32,000 nucleotides of DNA. Origin: Synechococcus sp. A15-28. GTDB taxonomy: Bacteria; Cyanobacteriota; Cyanobacteriia; PCC-6307; Cyanobiaceae. The notes under the pieces are model-generated. The model had not been told where the DNA came from, did not search any database, and was given only the letters and a program-made list of their open reading frames with translations. The DNA lies in the NCBI RefSeq assembly GCF_014280175.1, contig NZ_CP047931.1, forward strand, positions 1,680,001 through 1,712,000, written 5' to 3'. The translations under genes and the position numbers were made by a program. This document shows, in pieces, positions 1 to 11,157 of the stretch. Every line of letters begins with the position of its first letter. Within the stretch, counting starts at the first letter, position 1.

Positions 1-959
1 AGCGACAGGCTGAAATCAAAAGCCGTTATGCCAACAACCTGCAGAAACAGCAGGAGGAACTCGGCAAGGTGATGAAGGAATTCGGCAGTCCCCTGGCGGG
101 ATGCCTGCCGTTGCTGGTGCAGATGCCGATCCTCTTCGCCCTGTTCGCCACGCTGCGGGGATCACCATTCGCTGACGTTCCCTACACGATCAATCTCAAG
201 GTTCTGCCCGCCGATCAGATCGCGGCCGTCGAGCCGAAGCCCTTCAACAGCGCCAGCCATTCAATCTTCATCGGTGAAACCGATCACGTTCCTGTGATCG
301 CCAGCCTTCCCCGCGGAACCAAGCTCGGCGTCGGCGACAGCGCCACCGTGAACCTCCACACCAAAGATGGTCGAGGCTTTGACGACGTGCTCACAGCCGT
401 TGACAACCCCTCAAGATTTGCCCCCAACTGGTCGATCACCAAAGGGGATGACGTGGTGAGCGTCAGCGACGACGGCACTATCACCGCCCTGGCCGCCGGT
501 GATGCCACCGCGGAAGCCAAGATCCCTGGCTTGGCAGCCCGCAGCGGTTTCCTGTTCATCAAGGCTCTGGGCCAGGTGGGCTTCTACGCCGACGGAGACA
601 TCAACTGGGACATCGCCATCCTCGTCGGAGGCTTCGGAATCACCCTGTTCCTGTCTCAGCTGCTGTCTGGGATGGGCATGCCCGCCAACCCCCAGCAGTC
701 CACCGCCAACAAGATCACTCCCGTAATGATCACGGGCATGTTCCTGTTCTTTCCGCTTCCCGCCGGCGTTCTGCTCTATATGGTGATCGCCAACATTTTC
801 CAGGCGCTGCAGACCTTCCTGCTCACCCGTGAAGCCTTGCCAGACAACCTGCAGAAAATCCTGGATCAGCAGATGACTCAGCAGACGGTGCCCGCCACGG
901 CGACCTCTGTGGGCGGTGGCGATTCACGCCTTCCCTTTGAACCCAAAGGCGGCAAATGA
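1..959 (+). CDS. yidC: Membrane protein insertase, YidC/Oxa1/Alb3 family (5' end cut by window edge)
   Basis: The frame is open from position 3 ([28 protein letters not shown]...). It has the characteristic [20 protein letters not shown] core and several C-terminal TM helices. Its stop overlaps the next start (ATGA at 956-959). Confidence 0.85.
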   Translation, partial: RQAEIKSRYANNLQKQQEELGKVMKEFGSPLAGCLPLLVQMPILFALFATLRGSPFADVPYTINLKVLPADQIAAVEPKPFNSASHSIFIGETDHVPVIASLPRGTKLGVGDSATVNLHTKDGRGFDDVLTAVDNPSRFAPNWSITKGDDVVSVSDDGTITALAAGDATAEAKIPGLAARSGFLFIKALGQVGFYADGDINWDIAILVGGFGITLFLSQLLSGMGMPANPQQSTANKITPVMITGMFLFFPLPAGVLLYMVIANIFQALQTFLLTREALPDNLQKILDQQMTQQTVPATATSVGGGDSRLPFEPKGGK

Positions 960-1474
960 TTGAAGGCCTGGAGCCTGTTGCTCTTCAGGAACTCCGGGTG
1001 CTGGGTGCTCCCCGCCACTGGTCCGTCGAAGGCCATCTGGATCAATTGCCGTCATTAACCCCTGTTCGGGGGCAACTGAGCGCCGAACATCGCGGCAATG
1101 TCCTGATGGTGGAGGGAGAACTCAGCACCATCGTGACCCTGCGCTGCGATCGCTGTCTCGGTCAGTTCAACCAACAGCTGCGTTGCACCAGCTCCGAACT
1201 GATCTGGCTGGGTGAGGCGCCACCGACTCAAGACGATCTTCAGGAGTCCGAGGACATCTCCGAGATCGAAGGATTGGTCGAATGCCTCGACCCGAGGGGT
1301 GATTTCGATCCCCAGCAATGGGTGTTCGAACACCTCAATCTGCAGCTGCCCGTTGTGAATCACTGCGGCGAACACTGTCCGGGACCGCCGCTCCGTCGGG
1401 AAACGGTTGTGAACGAGGTGGATGAGGCGATCGATCCCCGCTGGTCGGTCCTCCGAAATCTGCAACAGCCATGA
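956..1474 (+). CDS. DUF177 / YceD-like protein
   Basis: 172 aa and acidic, with a CDRCL...HCGEHCPG cysteine pattern typical of the YceD/DUF177 family. ATGA overlaps on both sides couple it to yidC and the AAA gene. Confidence 0.7.
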   Translation: MIEGLEPVALQELRVLGAPRHWSVEGHLDQLPSLTPVRGQLSAEHRGNVLMVEGELSTIVTLRCDRCLGQFNQQLRCTSSELIWLGEAPPTQDDLQESEDISEIEGLVECLDPRGDFDPQQWVFEHLNLQLPVVNHCGEHCPGPPLRRETVVNEVDEAIDPRWSVLRNLQQP

Positions 1475-2964
1475 CCGCCGGCACCATCTGGGGGGATCAG
1501 TTGGATCTGATGATCCGGGCGAGAACAGCTCTGATCTGGATTCGCAGCAACGAGGAGGCGCGGGTTGAAGCCCTGCTGCGGCAGACAGCGACTCGGCTGC
1601 AGCACCAGCTTGGTTGCTGGGATTTCATCGACGGCCTTCAAGGCGTTCTGAACGTCGAAGGACTGGGAAGCCGTCAGCCAATGGCGGTGCTGCAATGGCT
1701 GCGGGAGCTGGACAGCAGCAAGCCGACCCTCCTCCTGGTCAAAGACTTCCATCGCTTCTGCGATGACCCCGGCATCGCCAGGATGTTGCGCAACCTTCAG
1801 CAGGCACTGCGCAGCACATCCCACACGTTGGTGCTCTGCAGCGGCAGCTGGTCGCCACCAGCAGACCTTGAAGAAGCCCTCACCCTTCTGGATCTGCCTT
1901 TACCGGACAGCGATGAGCTCCGCAGGCTGCTGAACACCATCAGCCAGAGCAGCGGGGTCCCTCTGGAGCCGACAGTGCTCGAGGAGCTCACCCGAGCCTG
2001 CAGCGGCCTCAGTGAACAGCGGGTCCGCCAGGTGGCTGCCCGAGCTCTGGCCCGTCGTGGGCAGCTTGGCGCTGATGACCTGGAGGAGGTTCTCGAGGAG
2101 AAGCGTCAGAGCATTGCCCGCAGCGAGGTGCTGGAGTTTTGCGTCACGGAGACCGGCACGGATGCGATCGGTGGACTGGCTGCGCTCAAGGACTGGTTGC
2201 AGCAGCGTCATCGTGCCTTTTCCGACGAGGCTCGTCGCTTCGGACTCCCCATGCCTCGGGGCGTGCTGCTGGTGGGCCCCCAGGGGACTGGAAAATCGCT
2301 CACAGCGAAGGCCATCGCCCGCAGCTGGTCGATGCCCCTGCTTCGTCTGGATGTGGGGCGGCTGTTCGCGGGGCTCGTTGGTGCCAGTGAAGCCCGCACC
2401 CGTGAAACGATCCAGCGGGCGGAAGCCATGGCCCCCTGTGTTCTCTGGATTGATGAAATCGACAAGGGCTTCGGCGGCGATGGCCGCAGCGACGGCGGCA
2501 CGAGTCAGCGGGTGCTGGCCAGCGTGCTCACCTGGATGGCCGAAAAGCAATCGCCGGTGTTTGTGGTCGCCACGGCCAATGGTGTCGACCAGCTGCCGCC
2601 GGAACTCCTGAGGAAGGGGCGCTTTGACGAGATCTTCCTGCTGGACCTTCCCTCCACGGAAGAGCGTCACAGCATTCTCAGCCTGCACCTCAATCGACGA
2701 CGCCCAGGGCTGCAGCTGCCGCTGGACACGGTGATCAGTCGTTCTGACGGATTTTCCGGAGCTGAGCTGGAGCAGACCGTGATCGAAGCGATGCATCTGG
2801 CGTTCGCAGAAGGCAGGGAGCTGAATGAAACCGACCTGATCCGCGCTGCCTCCCAGCTGATCCCCCTGTCCCGAACAGCACGGGAACAGCTGGAGGCCCT
2901 TCAGGCATGGGCCTCCAGCGGCCGTGCCCGACCCGCCTCCATTGCGGGACGTAACGAAGCCTGA
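1471..2964 (+). CDS. ycf46: AAA+ ATPase, cyanobacterial/plastid Ycf46-like
   Basis: 497 aa. Walker A is [15 protein letters not shown], Walker B is VLWIDEIDK, and the sensor region is [21 protein letters not shown]. The N-terminal [20 protein letters not shown] segment resembles Ycf46 proteins. Confidence 0.75.
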   Translation: MTAGTIWGDQLDLMIRARTALIWIRSNEEARVEALLRQTATRLQHQLGCWDFIDGLQGVLNVEGLGSRQPMAVLQWLRELDSSKPTLLLVKDFHRFCDDPGIARMLRNLQQALRSTSHTLVLCSGSWSPPADLEEALTLLDLPLPDSDELRRLLNTISQSSGVPLEPTVLEELTRACSGLSEQRVRQVAARALARRGQLGADDLEEVLEEKRQSIARSEVLEFCVTETGTDAIGGLAALKDWLQQRHRAFSDEARRFGLPMPRGVLLVGPQGTGKSLTAKAIARSWSMPLLRLDVGRLFAGLVGASEARTRETIQRAEAMAPCVLWIDEIDKGFGGDGRSDGGTSQRVLASVLTWMAEKQSPVFVVATANGVDQLPPELLRKGRFDEIFLLDLPSTEERHSILSLHLNRRRPGLQLPLDTVISRSDGFSGAELEQTVIEAMHLAFAEGRELNETDLIRAASQLIPLSRTAREQLEALQAWASSGRARPASIAGRNEA

Positions 2965-2997
2965 CCCCACGTAACGAACGCGGCCTCGGGTGAAGAC

Positions 2998-3204
2998 TTG
3001 ATTAATAGCGATCCCTACGGTCCGATCAATCGATTTCAACCCGTGGAACGCCAGAACGACATCACCTCTCAGCTCGCTGTTGCCTGCCTCGGAGCTGGTG
3101 TGATCACCACCATGGCCGTGGCCCAGGGACAGAATCCGATCACGGCACTCGGCATCACCGTCTTCTCTGCCGTAGCTGCCGTGATGCTCGGACAGGTTCT
3201 CTGA
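2998..3204 (+). CDS. Small hypothetical membrane protein (two predicted TM segments)
   Basis: 68-codon ORF with a TTG start, in the gap between ycf46 and serS. It has hydrophobic stretches AVACLGAGVITTMAVA and ITVFSAVAAVMLG. The start codon is uncertain. Confidence 0.35.
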   Translation: MINSDPYGPINRFQPVERQNDITSQLAVACLGAGVITTMAVAQGQNPITALGITVFSAVAAVMLGQVL

Positions 3205-3245
3205 TCGGCCTGCCATAGGCTGCCGGCGCCTCCTCTGCAGGATCC

Positions 3246-4523
3246 GTGCTCGACCAGCGCCTGGTGCGTGAGAACCCCGACGTCATCGCCACTGAATTGG
3301 GACGTCGTGGCAAGGCCGTGGATCTCACCCGCCTTCAGGTGATCGCTCAGCAACAGCGCAAGCTGGAAGAGGAGCGCAGTGGGCTGCAGGCCGAGGGCAA
3401 CCGCATCGGCAAGGAGGTCGGCCAGAAGATCAAAGGGGGGGCCGACCCCAAAGGTGAGGAGGTCGCCGAACTCCGGCAACAGGGCAACGCCATCAAGCAG
3501 AAAGTGGCTGTGCTGGAAGAGGAGGAGAAGCACCTCTCCACACAGTTGAAGGAACAGCTGCTCACCTACCCCAACCTGCCCTCACCGGACTGCCCGGATG
3601 GCAAGGACGAGAGCGACAACGTCGAGCTGCGCCGCTGGGGCAACCCGCGACAGGAGGAGGGGCTGGAGGAGCACTGGCAGATCGCCGAGCGACTTCACCT
3701 GTTCGACACGGAGCGTTCCGTCCGCATCGCCCAGAGCCGTTTCGTCACCCTGATCGGCCAGGGAGCTCGGTTGGAGAGGGGATTGATCAACTTCATGCTG
3801 GATTTGCACACCAGCAAGGGGTACCGGGAAGTTTTGCCTCCAGTGCTGGTGAACAGCGCCAGCCTCACGGGATCGGGCCAACTGCCCAAATTCGCCGATG
3901 ACTGCTTCCGCTGCTCTGAAGACGACCTCTGGCTCACCCCCACCGCCGAGGTGCCGGTGACCTCACTGCATCGCGACGAAATCATCCCCGCCGATCAACT
4001 GCCTCTCCGTTACGCGGCTTACAGCCCCTGCTTCCGCAGGGAAGCCGGAAGTTACGGACGAGATACCCGCGGGCTGATCCGTCTGCACCAGTTCAACAAG
4101 GTGGAGCTCTACTGGTTCGCTCACCCGGACCACTCCGAAGACGCTCACGCTCAGATCACCGCCGATGCGGAGGCCGTTTTGCAGGCGCTGGAACTGCCCT
4201 ACAGGGTGCTTGATCTCTGCACCGCAGACATCGGCTTCTCAGCGCAACGCACCTACGACCTCGAGGTGTGGCTGCCGGGTGCCGCGGCCTATCGGGAAAT
4301 CTCAAGCTGCAGTGTCTGCGGTGATTTCCAGGCCCGACGCTCCGCCATTCGAACCAAAGAAGGCAAAGCCTCGAAACTCGTGCACACCCTTAATGGCAGC
4401 GGCCTGGCCGTGGGCCGCACCATGGCAGCCCTGCTGGAAACGGGCCAGCAACCCGATGGCAGTGTTCTGCTGCCCAAAGCGCTGATGCCCTACGTCGGCT
4501 GTGATCGACTCCAGCCAGAATGA
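3246..4523 (+). CDS. serS: Seryl-tRNA synthetase
   Basis: 425 aa with a GTG start. It has the N-terminal coiled-coil tRNA-binding arm and class II motifs (FRREAGSYGRDTRGLIRLHQFNKVE, TLNGSGLAVGRTMAALLE). Confidence 0.95.
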   Translation: MLDQRLVRENPDVIATELGRRGKAVDLTRLQVIAQQQRKLEEERSGLQAEGNRIGKEVGQKIKGGADPKGEEVAELRQQGNAIKQKVAVLEEEEKHLSTQLKEQLLTYPNLPSPDCPDGKDESDNVELRRWGNPRQEEGLEEHWQIAERLHLFDTERSVRIAQSRFVTLIGQGARLERGLINFMLDLHTSKGYREVLPPVLVNSASLTGSGQLPKFADDCFRCSEDDLWLTPTAEVPVTSLHRDEIIPADQLPLRYAAYSPCFRREAGSYGRDTRGLIRLHQFNKVELYWFAHPDHSEDAHAQITADAEAVLQALELPYRVLDLCTADIGFSAQRTYDLEVWLPGAAAYREISSCSVCGDFQARRSAIRTKEGKASKLVHTLNGSGLAVGRTMAALLETGQQPDGSVLLPKALMPYVGCDRLQPE

Positions 4524-4547
4524 CCCGATTGCGCGATTGAGAGCGGC

Positions 4548-5633
4548 ATGAATGTGTTTGCGGCCATGGCCGTTCTGGCGCTGCTGATCGTCATCCACGA
4601 GGCAGGCCATTTCCTCGCCGCCACCCTGCAGGGGATTCGCGTCAGCGGCTTCTCCATCGGCTTCGGCCCAGCGCTGATCAAGCGCCAGCGACGCGGTGTC
4701 ACCTACGCGATCCGGGCGCTCCCCCTGGGCGGCTTCGTGGCCTTTCCGGATGACGACGAGGACAGCACCATCCCTGCCGATGATCCGGATCTGCTGCGCA
4801 ACCGCCCCATTCCCCAGCGAGCCCTCGTGATTGCAGCAGGAGTGCTCGCCAACCTGCTGCTGGCACTGGTGGTGTTGTTTGGACAGGCTGCCCTGGTGGG
4901 GTTACCGGCGGAACCGGACCCTGGAGTGCTGGTGGTGGCGGTGCAACCCGGAGGAGCGGCTGATCGCGCAGGGCTGACCCCGGGGGACCGTGTCCTGAGC
5001 CTGGAAGGGGACCCTCTCTCCGCCGGCCAGGAGGGCGTCAGATCAATGGTGCAGACGATCAAGAGCTCCCCGGATCAGACGCTCCGGCTCCAACGCCAGC
5101 GGGATCAGCAATTGGAGGTGATCAACATGACGCCGCTCAATCAGCAGGGGCAGGGACGCATCGGTGCCCAACTCCAAATGAACCTCAGCGGGGACTCCAG
5201 AACAGCCGCCAACCCTGGAGAGTTGATCAGTTACACCCTGGGCGAATTCCAGAACCTGCTGAAACAGACAGTGGCTGGTTACGGAGGGCTGATCACCAAC
5301 TTCCGTGCCACCGCCAGTCAGGTGAGCGGTCCTGTGAAGATCGTGGAAATGGGGGCTCAACTCAGTGAGCAGGGAGGCTCAGGCCTGGTGCTGTTCATGG
5401 CGCTGATCTCGATCAATCTGGCGGTGCTGAACGCCCTGCCTCTGCCACTGCTGGATGGTGGACAGATGCTGCTGCTGGGGATTGAGGCGATCCGGGGGCG
5501 CCCGGTACCCGAGCGGCTTCAACTGGCGGTGGCGCAATCGGGGTTCCTGTTGATCGTTGGGCTGACCCTGGTGCTGATCGTGAGGGACACCAGCCAGCTG
5601 TCCGTCGTGCAGCAGCTGATGGGCCAGCGCTGA
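4548..5633 (+). CDS. rseP: RIP zinc metalloprotease, M50 family (RseP-like site-2 protease) with PDZ domain
   Basis: 361 aa. The HEAGHF zinc motif sits in the first TM helix, a central PDZ-like segment follows (GGAADRAGLTPGDRVLSLEG), and the C-terminus has NLAVLNALPLPLLDGG. Confidence 0.9.
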   Translation: MNVFAAMAVLALLIVIHEAGHFLAATLQGIRVSGFSIGFGPALIKRQRRGVTYAIRALPLGGFVAFPDDDEDSTIPADDPDLLRNRPIPQRALVIAAGVLANLLLALVVLFGQAALVGLPAEPDPGVLVVAVQPGGAADRAGLTPGDRVLSLEGDPLSAGQEGVRSMVQTIKSSPDQTLRLQRQRDQQLEVINMTPLNQQGQGRIGAQLQMNLSGDSRTAANPGELISYTLGEFQNLLKQTVAGYGGLITNFRATASQVSGPVKIVEMGAQLSEQGGSGLVLFMALISINLAVLNALPLPLLDGGQMLLLGIEAIRGRPVPERLQLAVAQSGFLLIVGLTLVLIVRDTSQLSVVQQLMGQR

Positions 5634-5692
5634 AGTCCGGTCAACCTGCAATGTAAACTCACTGGTTCGTCCTATCGCTGCTCCAGAGCTGC

Positions 5693-5995
5693 ATGGCCAA
5701 GAAGTCGATGATCGCCCGCGACGTCAAGCGCAAGAAGATGGCCGAGCGCTATGGGGCCAAGCGTGCAGCGCTGATGGCGGCGTTCAATGCAGCCGAGGAT
5801 CCGATGGATCGTCTGGAGATTCACCGCAAGATTCAGGCGCTACCCCGCAACAGTGCCCCCAGCCGCATCCGCAACCGTTGCTGGGCCACAGGCAAACCCC
5901 GGGGTTATTACCGCGATTTCGGCCTGTGCCGCAATCAGTTCCGCGAGCGGGCACACAAAGGCGAGCTGCCCGGCGTGGTGAAGTCCAGCTGGTGA
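5693..5995 (+). CDS. rpsN: 30S ribosomal protein S14
   Basis: 100 aa, [15 protein letters not shown]...[41 protein letters not shown]. This is the canonical S14 sequence pattern. Confidence 0.95.
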   Translation: MAKKSMIARDVKRKKMAERYGAKRAALMAAFNAAEDPMDRLEIHRKIQALPRNSAPSRIRNRCWATGKPRGYYRDFGLCRNQFRERAHKGELPGVVKSSW

Positions 5996-6032
5996 GATCC
6001 GCTTTGGACCCAACAGCCTGAATGGTTCTGCA

Positions 6033-6057
6033 AGGGGAGCTTCGGCTCCCCTTTTTT
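6033..6057 (+). terminator. Rho-independent terminator after rpsN
   Basis: Stem AGGGGAGC / GCTCCCCT with a TTCG loop, followed by a T-run (6052-6057). Confidence 0.6.
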
Positions 6058-6114
6058 GATGCCCGGATGCGGTGAAATGTCAAACTATCCGTTGACAAGT
6101 GGACATAAACCGTC

Positions 6115-8280
6115 GTGCAAGGACAAACCCAGTCGATCTCCTTTGACGGACGTGAGATTCGACTGACCACCGGACGATTTGCCCCCCAGGCGGGCGGATC
6201 CGTTCTCGTTGAATGTGGCGATACCGCCGTCCTCGTGACCGCCACCCGCTCCAGCGGACGCGAAGGCATCGATTTTCTGCCTTTGATCTGTGATTACGAG
6301 GAGCGGCTGTACGCCGCAGGGCGGATCCCCGGCAGCTACCAACGCCGTGAAGGTCGGCCCCCTGAGCGCGCCACCCTCACAGCCCGTCTGATTGACCGGC
6401 CGATGCGGCCGTTGTTCCCTGGGTGGCTCCGGGATGACCTTCAGGTGGTGGCCACCTGTCTTTCTCTGGACGAACGGGTCCCGGCGGATGTGCTGGCGGT
6501 GACCGGTGCCTCCATTGCCACACTGCTGGCGGGCATCCCCTTCAACGGCCCGATGGCGGCCGTGCGGGTGGGCCTCCTCGGCGATGACTTCGTCCTCAAT
6601 CCGAGCTACCGCGAGATGGAACGCGGGGATCTTGATCTGATCGTCGCCGGCACCCCGGAAGGTGTGGTGATGGTGGAGGCGGGAGGCAACCAGTTGCCCG
6701 AGCAGGATGTCATCGAGGCGATCGACTTCGGTTATGAAGCGATCTGCGAACTGATCAAAGCCCAGGAGCAACTGCTGAAGGATCTGGGTATCGAGCAGGT
6801 GAAGCCCGAGACGCCTCAACAGGACTCCACGTTGCCGGCTTACCTGGAGAAACAGTGCACCAAAGCCATCAGCGAGGTGCTCAAGAAATTCGAACAGACC
6901 AAGGACGAGCGTGACAAAGCCCTCGATGCCATCAAGGCTGAAGCCGCTGAAACCATCGCTGGGCTGAAGGAGGATGACGCCGTCCGTGTGGCGATCGCCT
7001 CCAATTCGAAGCTGCTCGGCAACAGCTTCAAGGCGCTGACCAAAACCCTGATGCGTCAGCAGATCCTCAAGGACGGCAAGCGGGTGGACGGTCGCGCCCT
7101 TGATGAGGTGCGTGCGATCAGTGCCATGGCTGGGGTGTTACCTCGACGGGTACACGGCTCAGGTTTGTTCCAGCGTGGTCTGACCCAGGTGCTCTCCACC
7201 GCCACCCTGGGCACCCCCAGCGATGCCCAGGAGATGGATGACCTCCATCCCAGCACCGAGAAGCTGTACTTGCACCACTACAACTTCCCGCCGTACTCCG
7301 TCGGCGAGACCCGGCCGATGCGCTCTCCTGGACGCCGTGAAATCGGCCATGGTGCCCTGGCTGAACGGGCCATCCTTCCTGTGCTTCCCGCCAAAGACAC
7401 CTTCCCCTATGTGGTGCGGGTGGTGAGTGAGGTGCTCAGTTCCAATGGCTCCACGTCGATGGGATCCGTCTGCGGCAGCACCCTGTCGCTGATGGATGCC
7501 GGCGTGCCCCTCAAGGCACCGGTGAGCGGTGCCGCCATGGGCCTGATCAAGGAGGGCGACGACATCCGCATCCTCACCGACATCCAGGGCATTGAGGATT
7601 TCCTCGGCGACATGGACTTCAAGGTGGCCGGCAGCGAAAAGGGCATCACCGCCCTGCAGATGGACATGAAGGTCACCGGTCTGCCGGTGAAAACGATCGC
7701 CGAGGCGATCAATCAGGCCCGTCCAGCCCGTCTGCACATCCTTGAAAAGATGCTGGAGGCGATCGACACGCCCCGCGAGGGCCTCTCCCCCCATGCCCCG
7801 CGTCTGCTGAGCTTCCGGATCGATCCTGAGCTGATCGGCACAGTGATCGGCCCCGGCGGCCGCACGATCAAAGGCATCACTGAGCGCACCAACACCAAAA
7901 TCGATATCGAGGACAGCGGCATTGTCACCATCGCCTCCCATGACGGAGCGGCGGCCGATGAAGCTCAGAAGATCATCGAAGGCCTCACCCGCAAAGTGAA
8001 CGAGGGCGAGGTGTTCTCCGGATCGATCACGCGGATCATCCCCATCGGTGCTTTCGTCGAGATCCTTCCCGGCAAGGAAGGCATGATCCACATCTCCCAG
8101 CTGTCAGAAGCCCGGGTGGAGAAGGTGGAAGACGTTGTGAAGGTGGGTGACGAGGTCACCGTTCGCGTGCGCGAAATCGACAATCGCGGCCGGATCAATC
8201 TCACCCTCCGGGGCGTGCCCCAGAGCGGCGATGGCTCCGGGGACGAGCCTCAGCCCACCCCGGTGGCCCCCCTGAGCTGA
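6115..8280 (+). CDS. pnp: Polynucleotide phosphorylase (polyribonucleotide nucleotidyltransferase)
   Basis: 721 aa with a GTG start. It contains two RNase PH domains, a KH domain ([10 protein letters not shown]) and a C-terminal S1 domain ([33 protein letters not shown]). Confidence 0.95.
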   Translation: MQGQTQSISFDGREIRLTTGRFAPQAGGSVLVECGDTAVLVTATRSSGREGIDFLPLICDYEERLYAAGRIPGSYQRREGRPPERATLTARLIDRPMRPLFPGWLRDDLQVVATCLSLDERVPADVLAVTGASIATLLAGIPFNGPMAAVRVGLLGDDFVLNPSYREMERGDLDLIVAGTPEGVVMVEAGGNQLPEQDVIEAIDFGYEAICELIKAQEQLLKDLGIEQVKPETPQQDSTLPAYLEKQCTKAISEVLKKFEQTKDERDKALDAIKAEAAETIAGLKEDDAVRVAIASNSKLLGNSFKALTKTLMRQQILKDGKRVDGRALDEVRAISAMAGVLPRRVHGSGLFQRGLTQVLSTATLGTPSDAQEMDDLHPSTEKLYLHHYNFPPYSVGETRPMRSPGRREIGHGALAERAILPVLPAKDTFPYVVRVVSEVLSSNGSTSMGSVCGSTLSLMDAGVPLKAPVSGAAMGLIKEGDDIRILTDIQGIEDFLGDMDFKVAGSEKGITALQMDMKVTGLPVKTIAEAINQARPARLHILEKMLEAIDTPREGLSPHAPRLLSFRIDPELIGTVIGPGGRTIKGITERTNTKIDIEDSGIVTIASHDGAAADEAQKIIEGLTRKVNEGEVFSGSITRIIPIGAFVEILPGKEGMIHISQLSEARVEKVEDVVKVGDEVTVRVREIDNRGRINLTLRGVPQSGDGSGDEPQPTPVAPLS

Positions 8281-9198
8281 TCACACCTGAAAGCCGGGAT
8301 CGATCTCGGCCATGGCCCGCGTCGCACGCTCTCCGAGCTCGGCGTGGGCTTTTCCATGGCTGGCGATCAGGCAACCGGCCTGACGGACATCACCTGTGTT
8401 GTACGTCAGGTTGGTCTGATCGGCGTGGGTGAACCGGCCTCCTGCCGCCAGCAACACCGCTTCCGGGGCCGCCATGTCCCAATCCTTGGGGGCACTGCGA
8501 CCCGACAGGGACACGTAGAGGTCGGTCTCACCGCGCAGGATCGTGGCGACCTTGAAGCCAACGCTGCCAACCGCCTTGGATCCGCCGAGCTCGAGGGCGT
8601 CGATGAGCTTCACCAAGCGGTCGTCGCGGTGACTGCGGCTGGCCACGAGGATCAGATCCGACACCGCCGTGCGTGGGCTGAACCGCACGGGGGAACGCTG
8701 CCCTTGGCGGTCCTCACACCAGGCGCCTTCGCCAACGATGCCGATCCAGAGTTCGTCGGCCTCCGGCAGCAGCACCACCCCGATCACGGGCCGCTGACCC
8801 AGTACCAGAGCCAGGTGAACGGCATATTCCCCCGTGCCCTGCAGAAAATCCTTGGTGCCATCGAGGGGATCGAGAATCCAAAGCCACTCGGCCGGCACGG
8901 GTTGGCCTTCCGTGAGCTGGTCCTTGGCCGTCTCTTCACTGAGCAGGGTCCAGTCGGCCTTTGGGAACGCAGCTGACAGCCCATCCAGCAGCCATTGATT
9001 CACCGCCAGATCAGCTGCGGACACGGGGCCTTCTCCGCCGTCATCGACGCTCAGGGCTTTGGGGAACCCATGGGGCGGTTGCTCTCCCCGTGCGTAAGCC
9101 CGCAGGATGTCGGCGGCACCCCAGCTGAGGCGTCGGAGTTCCGACAACAGAGCGTCCTGGCTGACGCCGACGGGCAGAACGGCAGAGCTTGGCATCAT
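8281..9198 (-). CDS. cysQ: Inositol monophosphatase-family phosphatase, CysQ-like 3'(2'),5'-bisphosphate nucleotidase
   Basis: IMPase signature WILDPLDGTKDF plus LSEE and a downstream GS.G.K pattern. I prefer the ATGATG start at 9198. The ORF-track start at 9273 would overlap the divergent rsmI start. Confidence 0.75.
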   Translation of the reverse strand: MMPSSAVLPVGVSQDALLSELRRLSWGAADILRAYARGEQPPHGFPKALSVDDGGEGPVSAADLAVNQWLLDGLSAAFPKADWTLLSEETAKDQLTEGQPVPAEWLWILDPLDGTKDFLQGTGEYAVHLALVLGQRPVIGVVLLPEADELWIGIVGEGAWCEDRQGQRSPVRFSPRTAVSDLILVASRSHRDDRLVKLIDALELGGSKAVGSVGFKVATILRGETDLYVSLSGRSAPKDWDMAAPEAVLLAAGGRFTHADQTNLTYNTGDVRQAGCLIASHGKAHAELGERATRAMAEIDPGFQV

Positions 9199-9221
9199 GA
9201 TCAGAACAGGCGCTGGCCATT

Positions 9222-10082
9222 GTGATGCAGCGGGATGAGCCTGCCTCCGGATGCCTGTATCTGGTGGGCACACCGATCGGTCATCTTGGTGACCTGTCTC
9301 CGCGGGCCAAGGCGGTGCTGGCTGGGGCGACCGTGATCGCCTGTGAAGACACGCGCCACAGCGGTCAGCTGCTCAGCACTCTTCAGGCCAAGGGACGAAA
9401 ACTGTCCTTCCACCAGCACAACACCCGCACCCGTCTGCCGCAGCTGCTGCAGGCGCTGAGCGATGGCGACAGTGTGGCGGTGATCAGCGATGCCGGCCTT
9501 CCCGGCATCAGCGACCCAGGCGAGGAGCTGGCAGCGCAGGCCCGTTGCGCAGGCTTTGAGGTGATCTGCGTCCCTGGTCCTTGTGCCGCCACCACAGCCC
9601 TCGTCAGCAGTGGACTTCCCAGCGGTCGCTTCTGCTTCGAGGGATTCCTGCCGGTCAAAGGAAAGGAACGTCGACAGCGTCTGGAACAGATCGCCACAGA
9701 GCCGAGAACAACCGTGCTCTATGAAGCACCGCATCGGCTGCTGCCGCTCCTGCAAAGCCTGGCGGAGCACTGTGGTTCCGAACGCCCTCTGCAGGTGGCG
9801 CGGGAACTGACCAAGCGACACGAACAGCAGGTGGGACCCACCATTGCGGCTGCGCTGGATCACTTTCAGTCCCTGCGCCCCCAGGGGGAATTCACCCTTG
9901 TGCTCGGGGGCTGTCCAGAGCAAGCACCGTCAGAACCCGACGACCAGGAGCTGTTGGCACGGCTGCAGCAACGGATCGGTGAAGGGGCGAGCCCCAGTGA
10001 TGCAGCTCGGCAACTTGCCATCGAAACCGGCATCAGTCGTCGACGCTTGTATTCCCTGCTTCACCAGGACCCGTCAGAATGA
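9222..10082 (+). CDS. rsmI: 16S rRNA (cytidine1402-2'-O)-methyltransferase
   Basis: 286 aa with the tetrapyrrole-methylase fold motifs of RsmI: LYLVGTPIGHLGDLSPRA, IACEDTRHSGQLL and ISDAGLPGISDPG. Confidence 0.9.
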   Translation: MMQRDEPASGCLYLVGTPIGHLGDLSPRAKAVLAGATVIACEDTRHSGQLLSTLQAKGRKLSFHQHNTRTRLPQLLQALSDGDSVAVISDAGLPGISDPGEELAAQARCAGFEVICVPGPCAATTALVSSGLPSGRFCFEGFLPVKGKERRQRLEQIATEPRTTVLYEAPHRLLPLLQSLAEHCGSERPLQVARELTKRHEQQVGPTIAAALDHFQSLRPQGEFTLVLGGCPEQAPSEPDDQELLARLQQRIGEGASPSDAARQLAIETGISRRRLYSLLHQDPSE

Positions 10083-10101
10083 GGGCGTCCATCTGAGGTC
10101 G

Positions 10102-10332
10102 ATGTTGTTGCGTCTCCGACTGATGCTGATCAGCCTGGGGGCAGGGACAGTGCTGTTGCTGCTGTTGTGCCTGGGGGCTCAGAACCTGAAGGACCGACAC
10201 AGCATTCAGATTGGACCCGCACGATCGGTGCCGCTGCCCACAGGCTTCCTGGTGGGACTCTCGATGGTGATTGGTGTGGTCAGCGGCGGCAGTGCTGCTG
10301 CTGTGATGCTTCCCGAGCAACGCTGGGATTGA
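10102..10332 (+). CDS. Small hypothetical membrane protein (76 aa)
   Basis: An internal ATG of the 9844..10332 ORF lies just after the rsmI stop. Translation is MLLRLRLMLISLGAGTVLLLLLCLGAQNL...GFLVGLSMVIGVVSGGSAAAV, giving two TM helices. Confidence 0.45.
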   Translation: MLLRLRLMLISLGAGTVLLLLLCLGAQNLKDRHSIQIGPARSVPLPTGFLVGLSMVIGVVSGGSAAAVMLPEQRWD

Positions 10333-10336
10333 TCAA

Positions 10337-11098
10337 TCAGCCCTGAGCCTCTGCATCCAGCGCGATCAGGCTGCCATCCATGACCAGACGGGTGATCCCT
10401 CGCGCCAGCAAGTATTCGCTCGTGCGTTCGAACACGGCCGTGTCCGGCACTTTGATCACCCGCTGACTACGACCGCACTGGCGCTTGGCGGCTCGGGGAT
10501 TGCCGTACAGAAGCAGGCCCTCACGGTCGAGCTCAGACTCCTCGAGGTGACCAAGCTCTGGGAAGTCGCGCAGCGGCCTGGCATCCAGCTCCACCACCTT
10601 GTCGACAAGCATGTAGACGCTGTTCGGCAGACACCCTGGTAGCAGCGGCTGCACCTCCACTGGAACCCGATCACTGAGATCAGCCACCCCCACCAAAGGC
10701 ACAAGTTCAGTGAAGGTCTGGCTCGCTGCGGAGACATCGTCCTCCGTACTCCCTTCCTCGTCATTCACCTCATCGGTGTCTTCACCGAAGTCGTCGGCAT
10801 CGTCCAATGCCAGTGTTGAAGCGCCCTCATCGTTGTCTTCGTCCTGCACCGCATCAACCGATGACTCCTCTTCCGCGGCAGGAGCAACCGTTGGCGTTGG
10901 TGTGATTGTTCCGGTCTTCTGGCGACTGGCCTTGAGAGCGGCATAGGCCTCTGGGGGCAGCAACGCCTTCACCGTGCGCGTCACGGTGTTTGGGCTGCAG
11001 CCAAAGGCCTCCGCAAGGGCAGCGGTGGACTCTCCCGCCTTGTAACGACCCACCAGGTCCTGCTTCTCGCTTTCGCTGAGACGACGTGGGGCCATCAA
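10337..11098 (-). CDS. HTH-domain protein with acidic linker (putative DNA-binding protein)
   Basis: 253 aa. An N-terminal helix-turn-helix (SEKQDLVGRYKAGESTAALAEAFGCSPNTVTRTVK) is followed by a D/E-rich low-complexity linker and a conserved-looking C-terminal domain. Confidence 0.7.
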   Translation of the reverse strand: MMAPRRLSESEKQDLVGRYKAGESTAALAEAFGCSPNTVTRTVKALLPPEAYAALKASRQKTGTITPTPTVAPAAEEESSVDAVQDEDNDEGASTLALDDADDFGEDTDEVNDEEGSTEDDVSAASQTFTELVPLVGVADLSDRVPVEVQPLLPGCLPNSVYMLVDKVVELDARPLRDFPELGHLEESELDREGLLLYGNPRAAKRQCGRSQRVIKVPDTAVFERTSEYLLARGITRLVMDGSLIALDAEAQG

Positions 11099-11157
11099 TG
11101 TCGTTTAGGAGCCCTGAACTCTAGGAGCAGCCGGTGGCTGTCAGAATGGTTTTAGGA

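Noticed and set aside
1900-3216. 438-aa minus-strand ORF antisense to the AAA+ ATPase gene. The same applies to other long antisense or alternate-frame ORFs in 284-3533.
   Set aside because: The translations are Arg/Gly/Ala/Pro-rich and have no motifs. They lie opposite genes with unambiguous motifs. This is the typical open-frame artefact of GC-rich DNA.
6085-8204. Minus-strand ORFs of 244 aa (6085-6819), 310 aa (7159-8091) and others inside pnp
   Set aside because: They are antisense to a full-length, motif-complete PNPase and have low-complexity translations.
8278-8283. pnp and the cysQ-like gene converge with abutting stop codons (TGATCA) and no terminator between them
   Set aside because: This is real in the sequence but unremarkable for compact picocyanobacterial genomes, so I did not pursue it as a finding.
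8344-9923. Plus-strand 210-aa ORF inside the cysQ-like gene and minus-strand 240-aa ORF inside rsmI
   Set aside because: They are antisense to well-supported genes, and I recognised no motifs in them.
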